Counted from the first letter of the whole stretch, positions 36,505-49,671 are shown. The stretch is 63,822 nucleotides of DNA, filler included, from Octopus bimaculoides (GCF_001194135.2; 5 parts of 5 records of this genome joined end to end with filler, not necessarily neighbours in it), one strand, 5' to 3'. Notes: generated by a model from the letters alone, not told the origin. Numbers and translations are program-made.

Positions 36505-36920
36505 GGTTTCAAAGTCATGCACAAGGCCAGCAATTTCAGAGCAAGGGGTAAGTTGATTACATTGACCCCAGTGCTCAATTGGTACTTATCTTATCAACCT
36601 CAAAAGAGTAAAAGGCAAAGCTGGCCTTGGTGGAATTTGAACTCAGAACATAAAAGCCGATGGAATGCTGTTTAACATTTTTCCCAGCATGCTAACGATT
36701 CTGATATTGGTTACCTTTAATATTGGTCTTAAATTTTGACACAAGTTCAGCAATTCTGGGGGAGGAGCTAAGTTGATTACATCGACCATAAGCCTTAACT
36801 GGTACTTATCTTATCAACCCCAGCAAGGATGAAAAGTAAAGTCAACCCTGGCAGCATTTGAACTCAGAATGTAAAGTCAGAAGAAATTCCACTAATTCCA
36901 CTAATTCCTGCCAACCTGCA
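36505..36920 (-). mobile_element. Two tandem SINE family A copies
   Basis: GGAATTTGAACTCAGAAC and GCATTTGAACTCAGAAT bodies, each with a tail. Confidence 0.8.
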
Positions 36921-37050
36921 GCCTTTTATCTATCAAAATATTACAATTCATCACTAGTTACAGTTATGAGAAGAAATAAGTGAGAGGTAGATTTGCAACA
37001 GAAATGACAGAAGTGTGATCAGATAGAAAGATCAGCTCAAGTTTCTTCAA

Positions 37051-37275
37051 CCCTTTAGCATTCAGTTTATTCTGTCAAATGTAATGTTTATTTATTCACA
37101 CCATTTTCAATTAATCATGAATTATCTTGTAGCTTTGAGATTTCGATAATGTGACTCTTTATATTTAGAATGACATTGTAGGGTAGGTATGAGAGGCTGG
37201 TTCCAGCTGGTTTGAACATAAAACAGGTAGAATATTTTGGCTGAATATGGCCAGATATGGTTGGTTTAAATACTA
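37051..37275. mobile_element. piggyBac-type MITE with eroded right end
   Basis: Starts TCAA|CCCTTTAGCATTCAG (TTAA-CCCT-like terminus); right end TTTAAATACTA is degenerate. Confidence 0.45.
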
Positions 37276-38234
37276 TGCTAGTAATTTCCTAATACTAAAT
37301 CAGAAGATAAACTTATATCACATCTTAATCTCTTATAACTAGATAGAATATTAAAGCAAAATAAAATTTTGGAAAATTAGAATGATAGCCTGTCATCAGT
37401 ACTATCACTCCTGTTGTATCACATTAATTTTAATCTAATAAGCATTCTGTCATTTCCGCCCATCCCCAGTATTATCAGCTTTCATCTACTATGGGTACAG
37501 ATATGGCAGTATGGTCAAAAAGTTCACTTTGCAGCTGTGTGATTTCAAGTTCAATCCTGCTCTAGTCTCAGGATAACCAAAGCTTTATGACAGAAATTTG
37601 GTTGGCGGAAACTCCTTAACTTATTTTGTTAATCAAATTCACTTGTAACAAAACTATTAATAACAGTTTTTTTTTCTTTTGGTTTTTTGGGGGTTCCAAA
37701 ATGCTGCTCTAGTTAGTAAAGACTTTTAAAAATTTTTTTATTTCTTTTTTTACCGTACTTTCAGCTCAGAGCTGCAGCCATGCTGATGCACCACCATTGT
37801 AAATATTTAAATTATTTTTATAAAAATCCACAGTACACCTAAATTAATTTTGCAACACACTAGTGTGCCATGGTGCACCATAGAATGCAACACACCAATA
37901 TGCTGCAGAACACTGCTGTAGACAAATGTTATATTTAGATATATTACGGATAGCTAAACAATGTGCATAATGTATCAATTTTTTTTTATATTGTTTAAAG
38001 TTATATTGAGAAATTGATATTTGAAAACTTCTATAAATAATGCAAATAATGTGAACAGATGGGGATTCGTCAAAATTGAATGTTAAATAAATAGCTAGAT
38101 TTACAGACCATATCAATTATGCGTAATAATTATATAACAAGATACAGAGACCGTATCAATTATGTCTAACACATGATTTTTCTCTTCTGTGTTCAGCATC
38201 CAACCACACAGTGAGTCAGTGATGTTGCTATTAT

Positions 38235-38425
38235 ATAAGGCAACAATCTGGCAGAATTGTTCACATGCCAGATGAAATACTTAGCATTTCTTCTGGCATT
38301 TTACGTTCTGATTTCCAATCCATCTAGGTTGACATTGCCTGACATCCTTCTGGAGTCAATAAAATAAGTACCAGTCATATGCTGAGGTCAATGTAATCAA
38401 CTTGCCCCTCCCCTCAAAATTGGTT
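38235..38425 (+). mobile_element. SINE family A, CpG-decayed
   Basis: CTGGCAGAATTGTT..AGGTTGACATTGCC..AAAATAAGTACCAG. Confidence 0.75.
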
Positions 38426-38666
38426 GGCTCTGAACAGACTGCCCTGTACTGGAAGATGTTCCAATTATAACTTTTATGTTTGTGGACGCAGTGTAACTTG
38501 TATTACATTATCCAGTGTTAGGTGTTTTTTCAAGATGTATCCCCTTTTTTTTTATTTAATTTCAGGGATATTAGAGTGCTATTTTCTGCAAACCTATCTC
38601 CATATAGAGGTTCCCACCTAAACATTCAAAGGTATGGAATCTGTATCAGTTTCAATTTAATGGTAA

Positions 38667-38837
38667 TAGTAGCATAGCTGAGAATGGGGTAGGTGTTCTG
38701 CCTCCAGCAACATTTTTATGGAGGTGGCACTTTTAGGCTTGTTCTACAAGCCAGTATTAAGGGAGGTAGCAGAAAGGTGGGAGTGGGGCAACAAACTTGA
38801 GGGCTGCTCCAGGCGACAAACTCAAGCTATGCCACTA
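38667..38837. mobile_element. Possible small MITE
   Basis: Inverted ends TAGTAGCATAGCT / AGCTATGCCACTA (12/13 match); no clear TSD. Confidence 0.35.
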
Positions 38838-39186
38838 CATGTTGTTGTCACAAAGATTCCAGTTCAATCTACAGCAATGAATCAGTTAATTAATAGATGC
38901 GTTCTATTACCATAGTGAATTAATGATGGAAGAAGAGTTGAAGGAAGGGATAACAGGATATTACGTGGGCGTGGGGTGGGGTGGAGTTGGGGTTGAGAGA
39001 GGTAAAGAGCATAAGGCTGGACCCAATTACAAATGACAAAGAATGAGTTCAGGAAAAGAAGCAGGCAATTTAACCATAATTTTTCAAAATGCTGGTTAAT
39101 GTAATAAGGTATTCAATCAGCCCCTGATACAGGAAATTAACATGGGACCACATGTTTGATGGATGGATGGATTGATATATATATAC

Positions 39187-39227
<41 letters not shown>

Positions 39228-39230
39228 GAA

Positions 39231-39263
<33 letters not shown>

Positions 39264-39829
39264 AAAATAAAGAGATAGAGTCAGAGAAGAGACAGACAGA
39301 AACACACAAACACACAGATAGATAGATAGATAGATTAATGGCTAACATATATGGTAATTTTGTTAGTGACTATCATAATTATAGTTAGAAAATGAAAGGC
39401 CGAAGGAGATGTCTGGACTAAATATGATATAGTATTTAGTTTCAACTCTTTTGATTGCGAGTTCAAATCCTGCAAAGGGGCAATTCTTACATTTTTATTG
39501 TTCCAAAGTCTTTAGAACACTGACTTTGTCTCTAAACAAAGGAACCTTATAAACCTCCTGGGTCACTACAAATGCCAGGCTTTACTATCTCTGATGACTT
39601 CTATTGATCTCACATCCACAACTTAGCAAAAACTACATTGAAAAGAAACTGACTTTGCTCTTTTAGACCAATAAATGCTTCAATTGTCAACAGTTATTAA
39701 TTCTCTACAAAGCTTAAATGAGGTCCACAATTGTATACAGCTTCTGCATCTAGAGTGGTACTGCTGTTACGGCTACACATACACATTCCAAAGAAAAAAC
39801 CACCAATTTCTTTTCTTTCTAATATGGGT

Positions 39830-40385
39830 ACAAGGACTAAAATGTTTTTGGGAGATAGGAGATAGGAGCTAGTCAATTACATCAACTCCAGTGTTCAAAT
39901 GGTACTTATTTTATTGATCCTGTAAGGACAAAAGGCAAAGTTGACCTGGGCAGAAATTTGAACTCAGGATGTAAAAAGGTTGAAGAAATACCCGTAAGAA
40001 TGTTTGCTTGATGTACTGACAATTTGCCACCAATTTAATGACATGCCTTTCATCCTTTCGGGGTTGACAAAATAAGGACAAGATGCGTACTGGGGTTGAT
40101 GTAATTGACTCACACCTTCCCCTACTATTGTTGACCTTGTGTCAAAATTTTAAACCAATGTTAAAGACTTCTTTAAGGTGACAAACTAGAAGAATTGGTA
40201 ACATGCTCAGTAAAATGCTTAGTGGTATTTCATTCATCTTTACATTCTGAGTTCAAATTTCACTAAAGTCAGCTTTGCTTTCCATTCTTTCAGGGTCAAT
40301 AAAATAAGCACCAGTTGAGCACTGTAATCGACTCACCCGCCTCTCCCGATATTGCTGGCCTAGTACCAAAATTTGAAACCAATAT
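39830..40385. mobile_element. Cluster of SINE family A copies (-, +, +)
   Basis: Approximately 39830-40030 (-), 40040-40160 (+) and 40180-40385 (+). Confidence 0.8.
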
Positions 40386-43300
40386 TAAAGACTACTTTAT
40401 CGAATGTAGCCTTCTTTCTTTTTAAAAGGTATGAGTAGTTTGAGAGAATTTGGTTGCTGTTTCTAGCAGGCCGAATCCCCAATTCCCTGAAGCTTACTGA
40501 TTCCCTTGTCTCAGGTAGATGGTTGTATGTTGAAAATAAGGCACGGAATATTCTACTGTGAGTATTGAACTCATGAACAGAAGCTGTTCACAATACTTCA
40601 TCATTCAGACAGTTTTGCTGCTTTATACACAGCATGTGCATATATTTATGTGTATCTGGCAAATAAGCACAAACACATGCACAGAAACACACATACACAC
40701 ACATGCCTGCATGCACATAAACACACACACACATATCGTCATAATTGCCATCACCATTAACATCAACATGTTTGTTGTTGTTGGTCAGAAACAATGTTTA
40801 AGCATCCGTTTTCCTCTGCTGAAATGTGGAGGATGGTCCATATGAGTGTGTGTGTGTGTGTGCATGGAGTATGCTAGCAGACAGTTAGTACAGGGGAGAT
40901 AATCATTTCCTCATTATATTTGTCAGTATTAGAAGTTTGAATTTGAAATTAAAGAATAAGAAGATACATAGAATTTCTCAACATGCAACTGGAGAAGGAA
41001 CGTATCATTAAGCAAAATCCATTAAAACCAATATAGAGTCATTTATATATATAAATATATTTATATTTATATATATATATATATATATATANNNNNNNNN
41101 NNNNNNNNNNNNNNNNNNNNNNNNNNNNNNNNNNNNNNNNNNNNNNNNNNNNNNNNNNNNNNNNNNNNNNNNNNNNNNNNNNNNNNNNNNNNNNNNNNNN
41201 NNNNNNNNNNNNNNNNNNNNNNNNNNNNNNNNNNNNNNNNNNNNNNNNNNNNNNNNNNNNNNNNNNNNNNNNNNNNNNNNNNNNNNNNNNNNNNNNNNNN
41301 NNNNNNNNNNNNNNNNNNNNNNNNNNNNNNNNNNNNNNNNNNNNNNNNNNNNNNNNNNNNNNNNNNNNNNNNNNNNNNNNNNNNNNNNNNNNNNNNNNNN
41401 NNNNNNNNNNNNNNNNNNNNNNNNNNNNNNNNNNNNNNNNNNNNNNNNNNNNNNNNNNNNNNNNNNNNNNNNNNNNNNNNNNNNNNNNNNNNNNNNNNNN
41501 NNNNNNNNNNNNNNNNNNNNNNNNNNNNNNNNNNNNNNNNNNNNNNNNNNNNNNNNNNNNNNNNNNNNNNNNNNNNNNNNNNNNNNNNNNNNNNNNNNNN
41601 NNNNNNNNNNNNNNNNNNNNNNNNNNNNNNNNNNNNNNNNNNNNNNNNNNNNNNNNNNNNNNNNNNNNNNNNNNNNNNNNNNNNNNNNNNNNNNNNNNNN
41701 NNNNNNNNNNNNNNNNNNNNNNNNNNNNNNNNNNNNNNNNNNNNNNNNNNNNNNNNNNNNNNNNNNNNNNNNNNNNNNNNNNNNNNNNNNNNNNNNNNNN
41801 NNNNNNNNNNNNNNNNNNNNNNNNNNNNNNNNNNNNNNNNNNAAAATGCAGAGCAATCCTCAACTGCACAAAGACATAGAATTTAATTAAATTAGAACAG
41901 ATGGACACATTAGTATAATTATACTTAAAATCTCCAAGAAATTAAGGTGACAGACAGAGAACATCTTGCTTTAGCCATACCATGGAAGCTAATAAATAAA
42001 ATGTCAAAGGAGACTCTGCTTGTCACTGATTTTATTTGTTTTTTTAGTTTAGATTTATAGACTATCATATCAAACCTTGTATATCTGAAGCTTAAGAGAA
42101 TAAAAGGCATTATCTGTTAGGGGTAGGGGTGAGAGAGCAGATAGAAATTATGGTTGGTATAGTCATAAACTCATGAGGTTTGGTAAAGGAAGACTTAAAA
42201 CAAGATGTTGGCTGACAACTAAGGTGGGGTCACCCACTAGCAGACCACTGATAATGAAACAGGGGAAGTCTTATCATGTAGTACTACATGATAAGTCTAC
42301 CAAATCTACTCACAATGTTTTTGGGAAGCAAAATTCCTATCAAAAACACATGCCTGCATCTGCTATGACTGATTCATTTATATATATGCATATACACATC
42401 TACACATTTATATACATATATGCACATGTACATACACACACACGTACATACACACACATGTACACACACACATTCACACACATGCATGCACGCACACACA
42501 TATATAATGGCTTCAGTTATCAAAAGCGGAATCTTAGCGTGCCAATACAATGGCACTGACAGACTGGATCCAATTTTATTTAAATTCTACTTCAACTATT
42601 TGGTACTTTTTTTTCTTCTTTTTATTTTTCTCCCGTTCATTTATGGCTAATGTATAGGTCAGAATTTGAACTCAGATCATCATATACTCAATGAAATTCA
42701 CATGTCTTATATAATGTTTCTATATTAAAAGTATGCATTACATAATTTAGATTGTTTTAATCAAAACACATGCAGCTTTATGCTTCCACTTTCAAACTAA
42801 ATCATTTCATAAAATCTCTCTCTTTCTTGTTTTATTTTATAATTCCGAGAGTAGTGACACCTAATCCAATTCAGTTAGATCATTTTTAAAGGAATTCTAT
42901 TTGGAGTTTCCTTTACAATCTATAAGTTGGACATTTAAATTAAATTAAATCTAAAGCTATTGAATGTTAACTGAGGATAAAATGTTGAATACATGTTTAC
43001 ATTTGAACAAAGCGACACGTGCAGATATAAAAGGGTTTATATCTTGAAAGGAAATACCAAAAACAAAAAATTTAAAAACAAAAAAAAACAAAAAAAGAAA
43101 AAGAAAGAAATAAAGGAGAAATGTGTAAACCCATTCCTAAAATTATCTTACTGAATGGAAGCGGAAAGACATTTCAGAAAGTATTCCAGTGAAATAGCTT
43201 AAGTTAAACAGAGATTTATTAGACTGCTCATGCACTTGGCTTTTATTTCAACACTAGGGGATTATCAAATATAAATAGATGATTGAGAGATTAACAAATA

Positions 43301-43552
43301 GATAAATAGATAAAAATATATTTAAGGTCTTATGAATGAGTGTCTTATTCTTATGTGCATTTGGAAATGTTTGAGAACATGTATGTGTGCGTATGTGTCT
43401 GTGGATGTGTGTGTATATAAACTTAGTTCTTATACATATATGCATATAAGTGTGAGAGTATATATATATGGGGTGGGGTATATATATATATTATATATTT
43501 ATATGTATGTGTATGTTTATATATATGTATCTGTATCTATCTATCTATCTAT

Positions 43553-43593
<41 letters not shown>

Positions 43594-43939
43594 NNNNNNN
43601 NNNNNNNNNNNNNNNNNNNNNNNNNNNNNNNNNNNNNNNNNNNNNNNNNNNNNNNNNNNNNNNNNNNNNNNNNNNNNNNNNNNNNNNNNNNNNNNNNNNN
43701 NNNNNNNNNNNNNNNNNNNNNNNNNNNNNNNNNNNNNNNNNNNNNNNNNNNNNNNNNNNNATGTATGTATTATCTATTGTATGTATATTCATTTATAAGA
43801 TGACATGCCATTATAGAAATATATTTAAGTGTACAGTCTACTTTAATCACAAGAAAGTAAATTTTATTGAAAACCAGGACACTGTTTAAGAGATTTATTT
43901 TACAAAATTACAACACCGATACATTATTGTTTCACGTCT

Positions 43940-43982
<43 letters not shown>

Positions 43983-44958
43983 ATCACATTCTTTCTATCT
44001 TGTCTCTCTATCTCTTGTTCTTTCTCTCTTTCTTATCATTGCCTCCCTTAATCACTCATTCTCTCATTTAGGTATTTATTTTCTCATCTAACCTCTCTCT
44101 CTCTCTGTCTATCTATCTCTCTCTCTATCTCTCAATATATCTCTTTCTCTCTCTTTCTCTCTCTCGTTCTCTGTCTTTTTCCATCTCTTCTTTTTCCTCT
44201 TCGAAACAGTCCAGAGTGTAAATCTTCACAGAAATATCAAAACGACACCATTTGTAATAAACTGTTCTTACTTTTCACCTCCATTTTATCCCATGTTTTT
44301 TTTACCTCTATTTTTTTTCTTATTGTTATCATCATTTCTCTTCTTTTTTGTTCTCTTTCTTTTCCTTGCTTCCAGTAGAACATTTCATATTATCCCACAG
44401 TTCTTTTCTTCCACTTTAAAATGGAATGGTTTTAGATACCAACAAGCAAAAGTCCAGTTTCAACTCAAAACTTCCACACTTAAAAGTCAACAGACAGATT
44501 GTAAATTCGTAGAAGTTCAGCATAAATTTAGTCACATTTCAAGGATGGATTCTCCAGAATTTTGTCTTTCTCTCCTGCTTTAAACATTGGATGCAAACAT
44601 GCTTTGTCACATTGGTATATAAAGGGATATAAAAAAAATATAAAAAAGACATCCGTGTCTAGGGCTGCAGTGGAGAAGTGTTGTGTTGTATTTTCTCAGT
44701 TTGATACTTGAGTTAGGCACGCTCACATACAAGGGCTGGATGATTGTATTGCTGGTTTTTAAATCCATACTGTGGTGTAAAGAAACAAAAAGCAATTATC
44801 AAAATGGCTACCCCACAGATTTTGTTTGTCATTATATTATTATTATCATTATTATTATTATCATTATTATCATTATTATTATCATTATTATTTTTGTCAT
44901 CATTATCATTAGTATTATCAAAATTTCAGGCCTTGTGCCTATAGCAGAAATTATTATT

Positions 44959-44989
<31 letters not shown>

Positions 44990-45216
44990 TCATCATCATC
45001 ATTATTATAACAAAATTTATATCACAGAGTGTATGTATGAATGTATGTATCTATCTAAATAAATATAATCATGCACAAATATATATATATATATATATAC
45101 ATGCATACATACATAATATATATGTATATTATGTAGTATATATATAATACATATAAATATATATACATACACACACACACACACAAATATATATGTTTGT
45201 GTGTATATATATATAC

Positions 45217-45295
<79 letters not shown>

Positions 45296-45442
45296 NNNNN
45301 NNNNNNNNNNNNNNNNNNNNNNNNNNNNNNNNNNNNNNNNNNNNNNNNNNNNNNNNNNNNNNNNNNNNNNNNNNNNNNNNNNNNNNNNNNNNNNNNNNNN
45401 NNNNNNNNNNNNNNNNNNNNNNNNNNNATATATACATATGCG

Positions 45443-45500
<58 letters not shown>

Positions 45501-45929
45501 TATGTATATATATATCACAGAATAATAAACAAAATTAAAAGTGAAACACTTCCATGATAATCAAATCACAAGGACAGAATGACAGTATTGCAATATGATG
45601 TTGAGAACATTTTTTTAAACCAATAACCATTACCATCATACCATCACAAAAACCTCTATGTGAACCATGACCACCACTAACACCACTGCTACCACTACAA
45701 CTACTTCCATCTTGAGCTACTTTAAAGAAGTATTTGAGAAACAAATAATATGGTTTATTCTAGCATACTTAATATAGTAAAGCACACAGACCTGGAGTAG
45801 AAAAGGTTTATCATTGTTGAGGTCACGAATAGTGACAAAAGTACTTCAACAAACTTTGCTGATTGATTGATTGAATGATTAATTAAACAATTAATTAATT
45901 ATTTGACTAAATGTTAAGAAATTAACTAA

Positions 45930-45931
45930 TA

Positions 45932-46016
<85 letters not shown>

Positions 46017-46017
46017 T
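45930..46017. repeat. (AAT)n microsatellite
   Basis: Direct reading. Confidence 0.95.
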
Positions 46018-46614
46018 AAAAAGAAGTGAAATAGAACTAGTGCATGCGTTTATGTTTGCATAATGTTTCAAAACCAAATTAATTTCAAGAATATTGTAGA
46101 CTAAATACAAAAAACAACAAAATAAAGCAAAACTTTGAGTAATAAAAAAATATACACCACATTAGCTAAATGTTTAATTCTGGTTAAGAAAGGTAAGGGG
46201 AACAACTCCAACTTTAAATTGAAGGAAATGTTAAGTCAAATCATTCTAATCATATTTTTTGTCCATTTTGTTTTATATATCTTCTTTTCAAAAGATGCTT
46301 CAATCAGGTGATGTTGAGTTTTTCTTTATTTTTTATGCTTTTCCTTTCTTGTTTTCCATTATCAAGGGTGAGCATAATCTAAAGCCTCTATATTATCATA
46401 AGATCTAGCTGACATATGTAAGTAACTTCTATTAAGAAGTATGTAGCAATTTTCTCTAGATATGCCCTACCTATATTTTGAGATGCATACTGTGTCCTCC
46501 AATTTGCCGTTGAGTATTATGTGATAATCTAGAAGTCTTGTAGTCCTTTCACACTCTAATCTATCTCAGTAAAATTGGTATTGAATTAGTAGTTTTTAAA
46601 TATTAAGAATTCCA

Positions 46615-46835
46615 ATGTGGCAAGCTGCCAGAGTTGTTAATGCACCAGAAAAATAGCTTGGCAGCGTTTTTGTCTGTTTTCAGTCTGAGTTCAAATGCTG
46701 TCAAAGTCAACTTTACTTTCCATTCTTTCTAGATTGATAAAAGAAGTACCAGTTATGCAATGGGGTCAATGTATTCAGTTAACCACCTCCCTTTAGAAAA
46801 TTGCTGGACTTGTGCCAAAATCTGAAACAATTATT
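46615..46835 (+). mobile_element. SINE family A, CpG-decayed (tail-2b)
   Basis: GGCAAGCTGCCAGAG..CTGAGTTCAAATG..CTTGTGCCAAAATCTGAAAC. Confidence 0.78.
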
Positions 46836-47082
46836 AGGCACCCCAAATGTACTGTGATCACCATAATCTATGAACAAAAGCATTCCAATTGTGACCACTC
46901 CATTCTTTTAAGGGTATGTCTAGGACTAAATTATCCAGCAGGGCCTTTCTAATTTAAGAATGTAATGTGTACTTTGACAGAGATTTAGCTACTGTTTCTA
47001 GAAGCTCCTTTATTAGTGACAGCAACAGTTTAGTACTTGGGAGAACCAAAGATTCTTTCCACAACAACACTCTCTTTCTCTT

Positions 47083-47119
<37 letters not shown>

Positions 47120-47150
47120 NNNNNNNNNNNNNNNNNNNNNNNNNNNNNNC

Positions 47151-47189
<39 letters not shown>

Positions 47190-47465
47190 GTATAAAAAAA
47201 TATATATAGAAACACTCACACACACACACATACATGGAAATATGTGTGTGCGTGTGTATGTGTGATTTTGGGCTCAGTTCTACAGTGTGGCACCTTGGGC
47301 AAGTGTCTTCTGTTATTACCCCATGCCAATCAAATACACATATGTATGTATGTATGTATATATATNNNNNNNNNNNNNNNNNNNNNNNNNNNNNNNNNNN
47401 NNNNNNNNNTTAATTAATTAANNNNNNNNNNNNNNNNNNNNNNNNNNNNNNNNNNNNNNNNNNNN

Positions 47466-47501
<36 letters not shown>

Positions 47502-48414
47502 CTGTTTCGAATAACCACGAACGCTCACTTATTTACCACTACCAATAAACATAGAAGGAAATGAGAATGAGTCACACCTTCAAAGTCTATGCAAATATTA
47601 GAGGCTCGCATAACCAAGATATGCTGTACATGATATATCAATGAAGAGATACTTAAATATGTGTAACCTGTATCTGGTTGTGTCTTTGCCAGAAATAATA
47701 ACTATATGCTGGAATAGACAAATCTAATAAATATCTCATATTGTATACACAGCACATATAGCATTATGCAAGGCATAAGGTTGGCCTCTGGCATTCATTT
47801 AGTATTCTGTACAATGTTCAGCCATAGTCATACCACAGCCAAGTTATTTCAGACTGCTGCTTTTTAACTAACTTATTTTCGTACGAAACTTCAGGGTAAG
47901 ATTTGTACGTAACTTGTCATTTAGAGAGAATCGGCGTATATCAAAAACGTCAGTATATATTTGGATAAATGCAGTGTGTTGCTGTGATTTTTCTCTTCCT
48001 GTCACATAGGTTAACAGATTGGTTAAGTTCACTATTGACTGGAAAACGCGCGAGAGCCGTTAGCCGTTCCCATTAATAATGAGAGGAGGGGCAACGTAAC
48101 ACAACGCAGAGGTAGCAGACTTGATTCGGGTTAAAAAGCCCATTCACATGCTGTTTCTCTCCGAATTGAACGCTTATCTCAATTTATACATGCACTTAAA
48201 CACGTACAGGCGCGAATAAACAGACACATACATTACTTCTCACCGTATATACACAAATATAATGTAAGTGTGTGTATATAGATATATGTGAGGGTGTAAA
48301 AGAGATAGGTGAGAGCAGGAAAGAGGGTTAAAAAAATGTGTGTGCGCGTGTGTGTGTGTGTGTGTGTATGTGTGTNNNNNNNNNNAATGTGTGTGCGCGT
48401 GTGTGTGTGTGTGT

Positions 48415-48461
<47 letters not shown>

Positions 48462-49291
48462 TTTGTGTGCATGTGTTTCTGTATTAATTCTATTTTCAAC
48501 AAATTAGAGATTTTCTTTTAATGTAAATCTCATGTGATTATAAACGCGTCTGCTTTTCAATACACTCATGTTTAACAGATTTCACAACTAACTACATGTG
48601 ACTGATAACTTTACGTTGATTGCAAAAAAAATATTCTAGATTTTTTAACGTGTATTGAGCGATAATCTTCTCGAAATTTGCAAGTCTGTGAATAAGTTGT
48701 ACAACGATTACACGTCATGAATCTTTTGTTTTCTATTGTGGGGTATAATGTGAATATTTACTCTTCCTTTGGCGCAAAAACACTTTTTGCAGCCCTAATT
48801 ATGTTACATAATATAAATTAAAATTCATTAAACGCCTTTAGGGAAGATTTTTAAACTTTTCTTATGCAGTGAGACAATGAGAACATATCATTATTTTATT
48901 TACACAACGGTAAAGCTCATGTCTGACCTTTCCTTTGAAACATAATTCCATCCAGTTGAATATAAATATTTCTAAATTTATGCTCGTCCGAATGATCTGG
49001 GAAACGTTATTTTTACAGAATAAGACTCGTAGCCATATTTTATAAATTTTAGATGGATTCTGCTCTTTCATAGAGAATGATGTTAACTATAATTCTCGAA
49101 ATAGACACTTCTGAAATGGTGGTATGATACGTTATGTAATCAAACACATGCAACGCTACTTACTTAATGTAATAGGACGATAATTTATACGAATAATTGT
49201 GAAATACTTTTTGCGAAAATATTCAGTTAAGATGCAGGAAATGTTTTGTTCTTTACACATATACCCAAATACATATACACACATACACATG

Positions 49292-49671
49292 GTTGGTACT
49301 TTGTCGGTTACGACGATGAGGGTTCCAGTTGATTCGATCAGCGGAACAGCCTACACGTGAAATTAACATGCAAGTGGCTGAGCACTCCACAGACACGTGT
49401 ACCATTAACGTAGTTCTCGGGGAGATTCAGTGTGACAGAGAGTATGACAAGGACGGCCCTTTGATATAGAGGTACAACAGAAACAGGAAGAAATACTGAG
49501 AGAAAGTTGTGGTGAAACAGTACAGAAGGGTTCGCCACAATCACCTGGTGGAACTTCGCGAACTTTAGGTGTTTTCGCTCAATAAACACTTACAACGCCC
49601 GGTCTTGAAATCGAAATCGCAATCCTACGACAGAGAGTCCGCTGCCCTAACCACTAGGCCATTGCGTCTAC
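49292..49671 (-). mobile_element. SINE family C, second copy
   Basis: Colinear with 25627-26005. Confidence 0.88.

Noticed and set aside
37771-37810. Strong acceptor followed by GT (exon-like)
   Set aside because: The segment resembles the reverse complement of the SINE-B tail (GCTCCAGCATGGCCGCAG).
44377-44583. 68-codon open frame after a long pyrimidine tract
   Set aside because: No recognisable protein; the acceptor context derives from CT-rich simple repeats.
48336-48425. Duplicated sequence on both sides of a short gap (similarly 53140-53195)
   Set aside because: Typical contig-overlap artefact.
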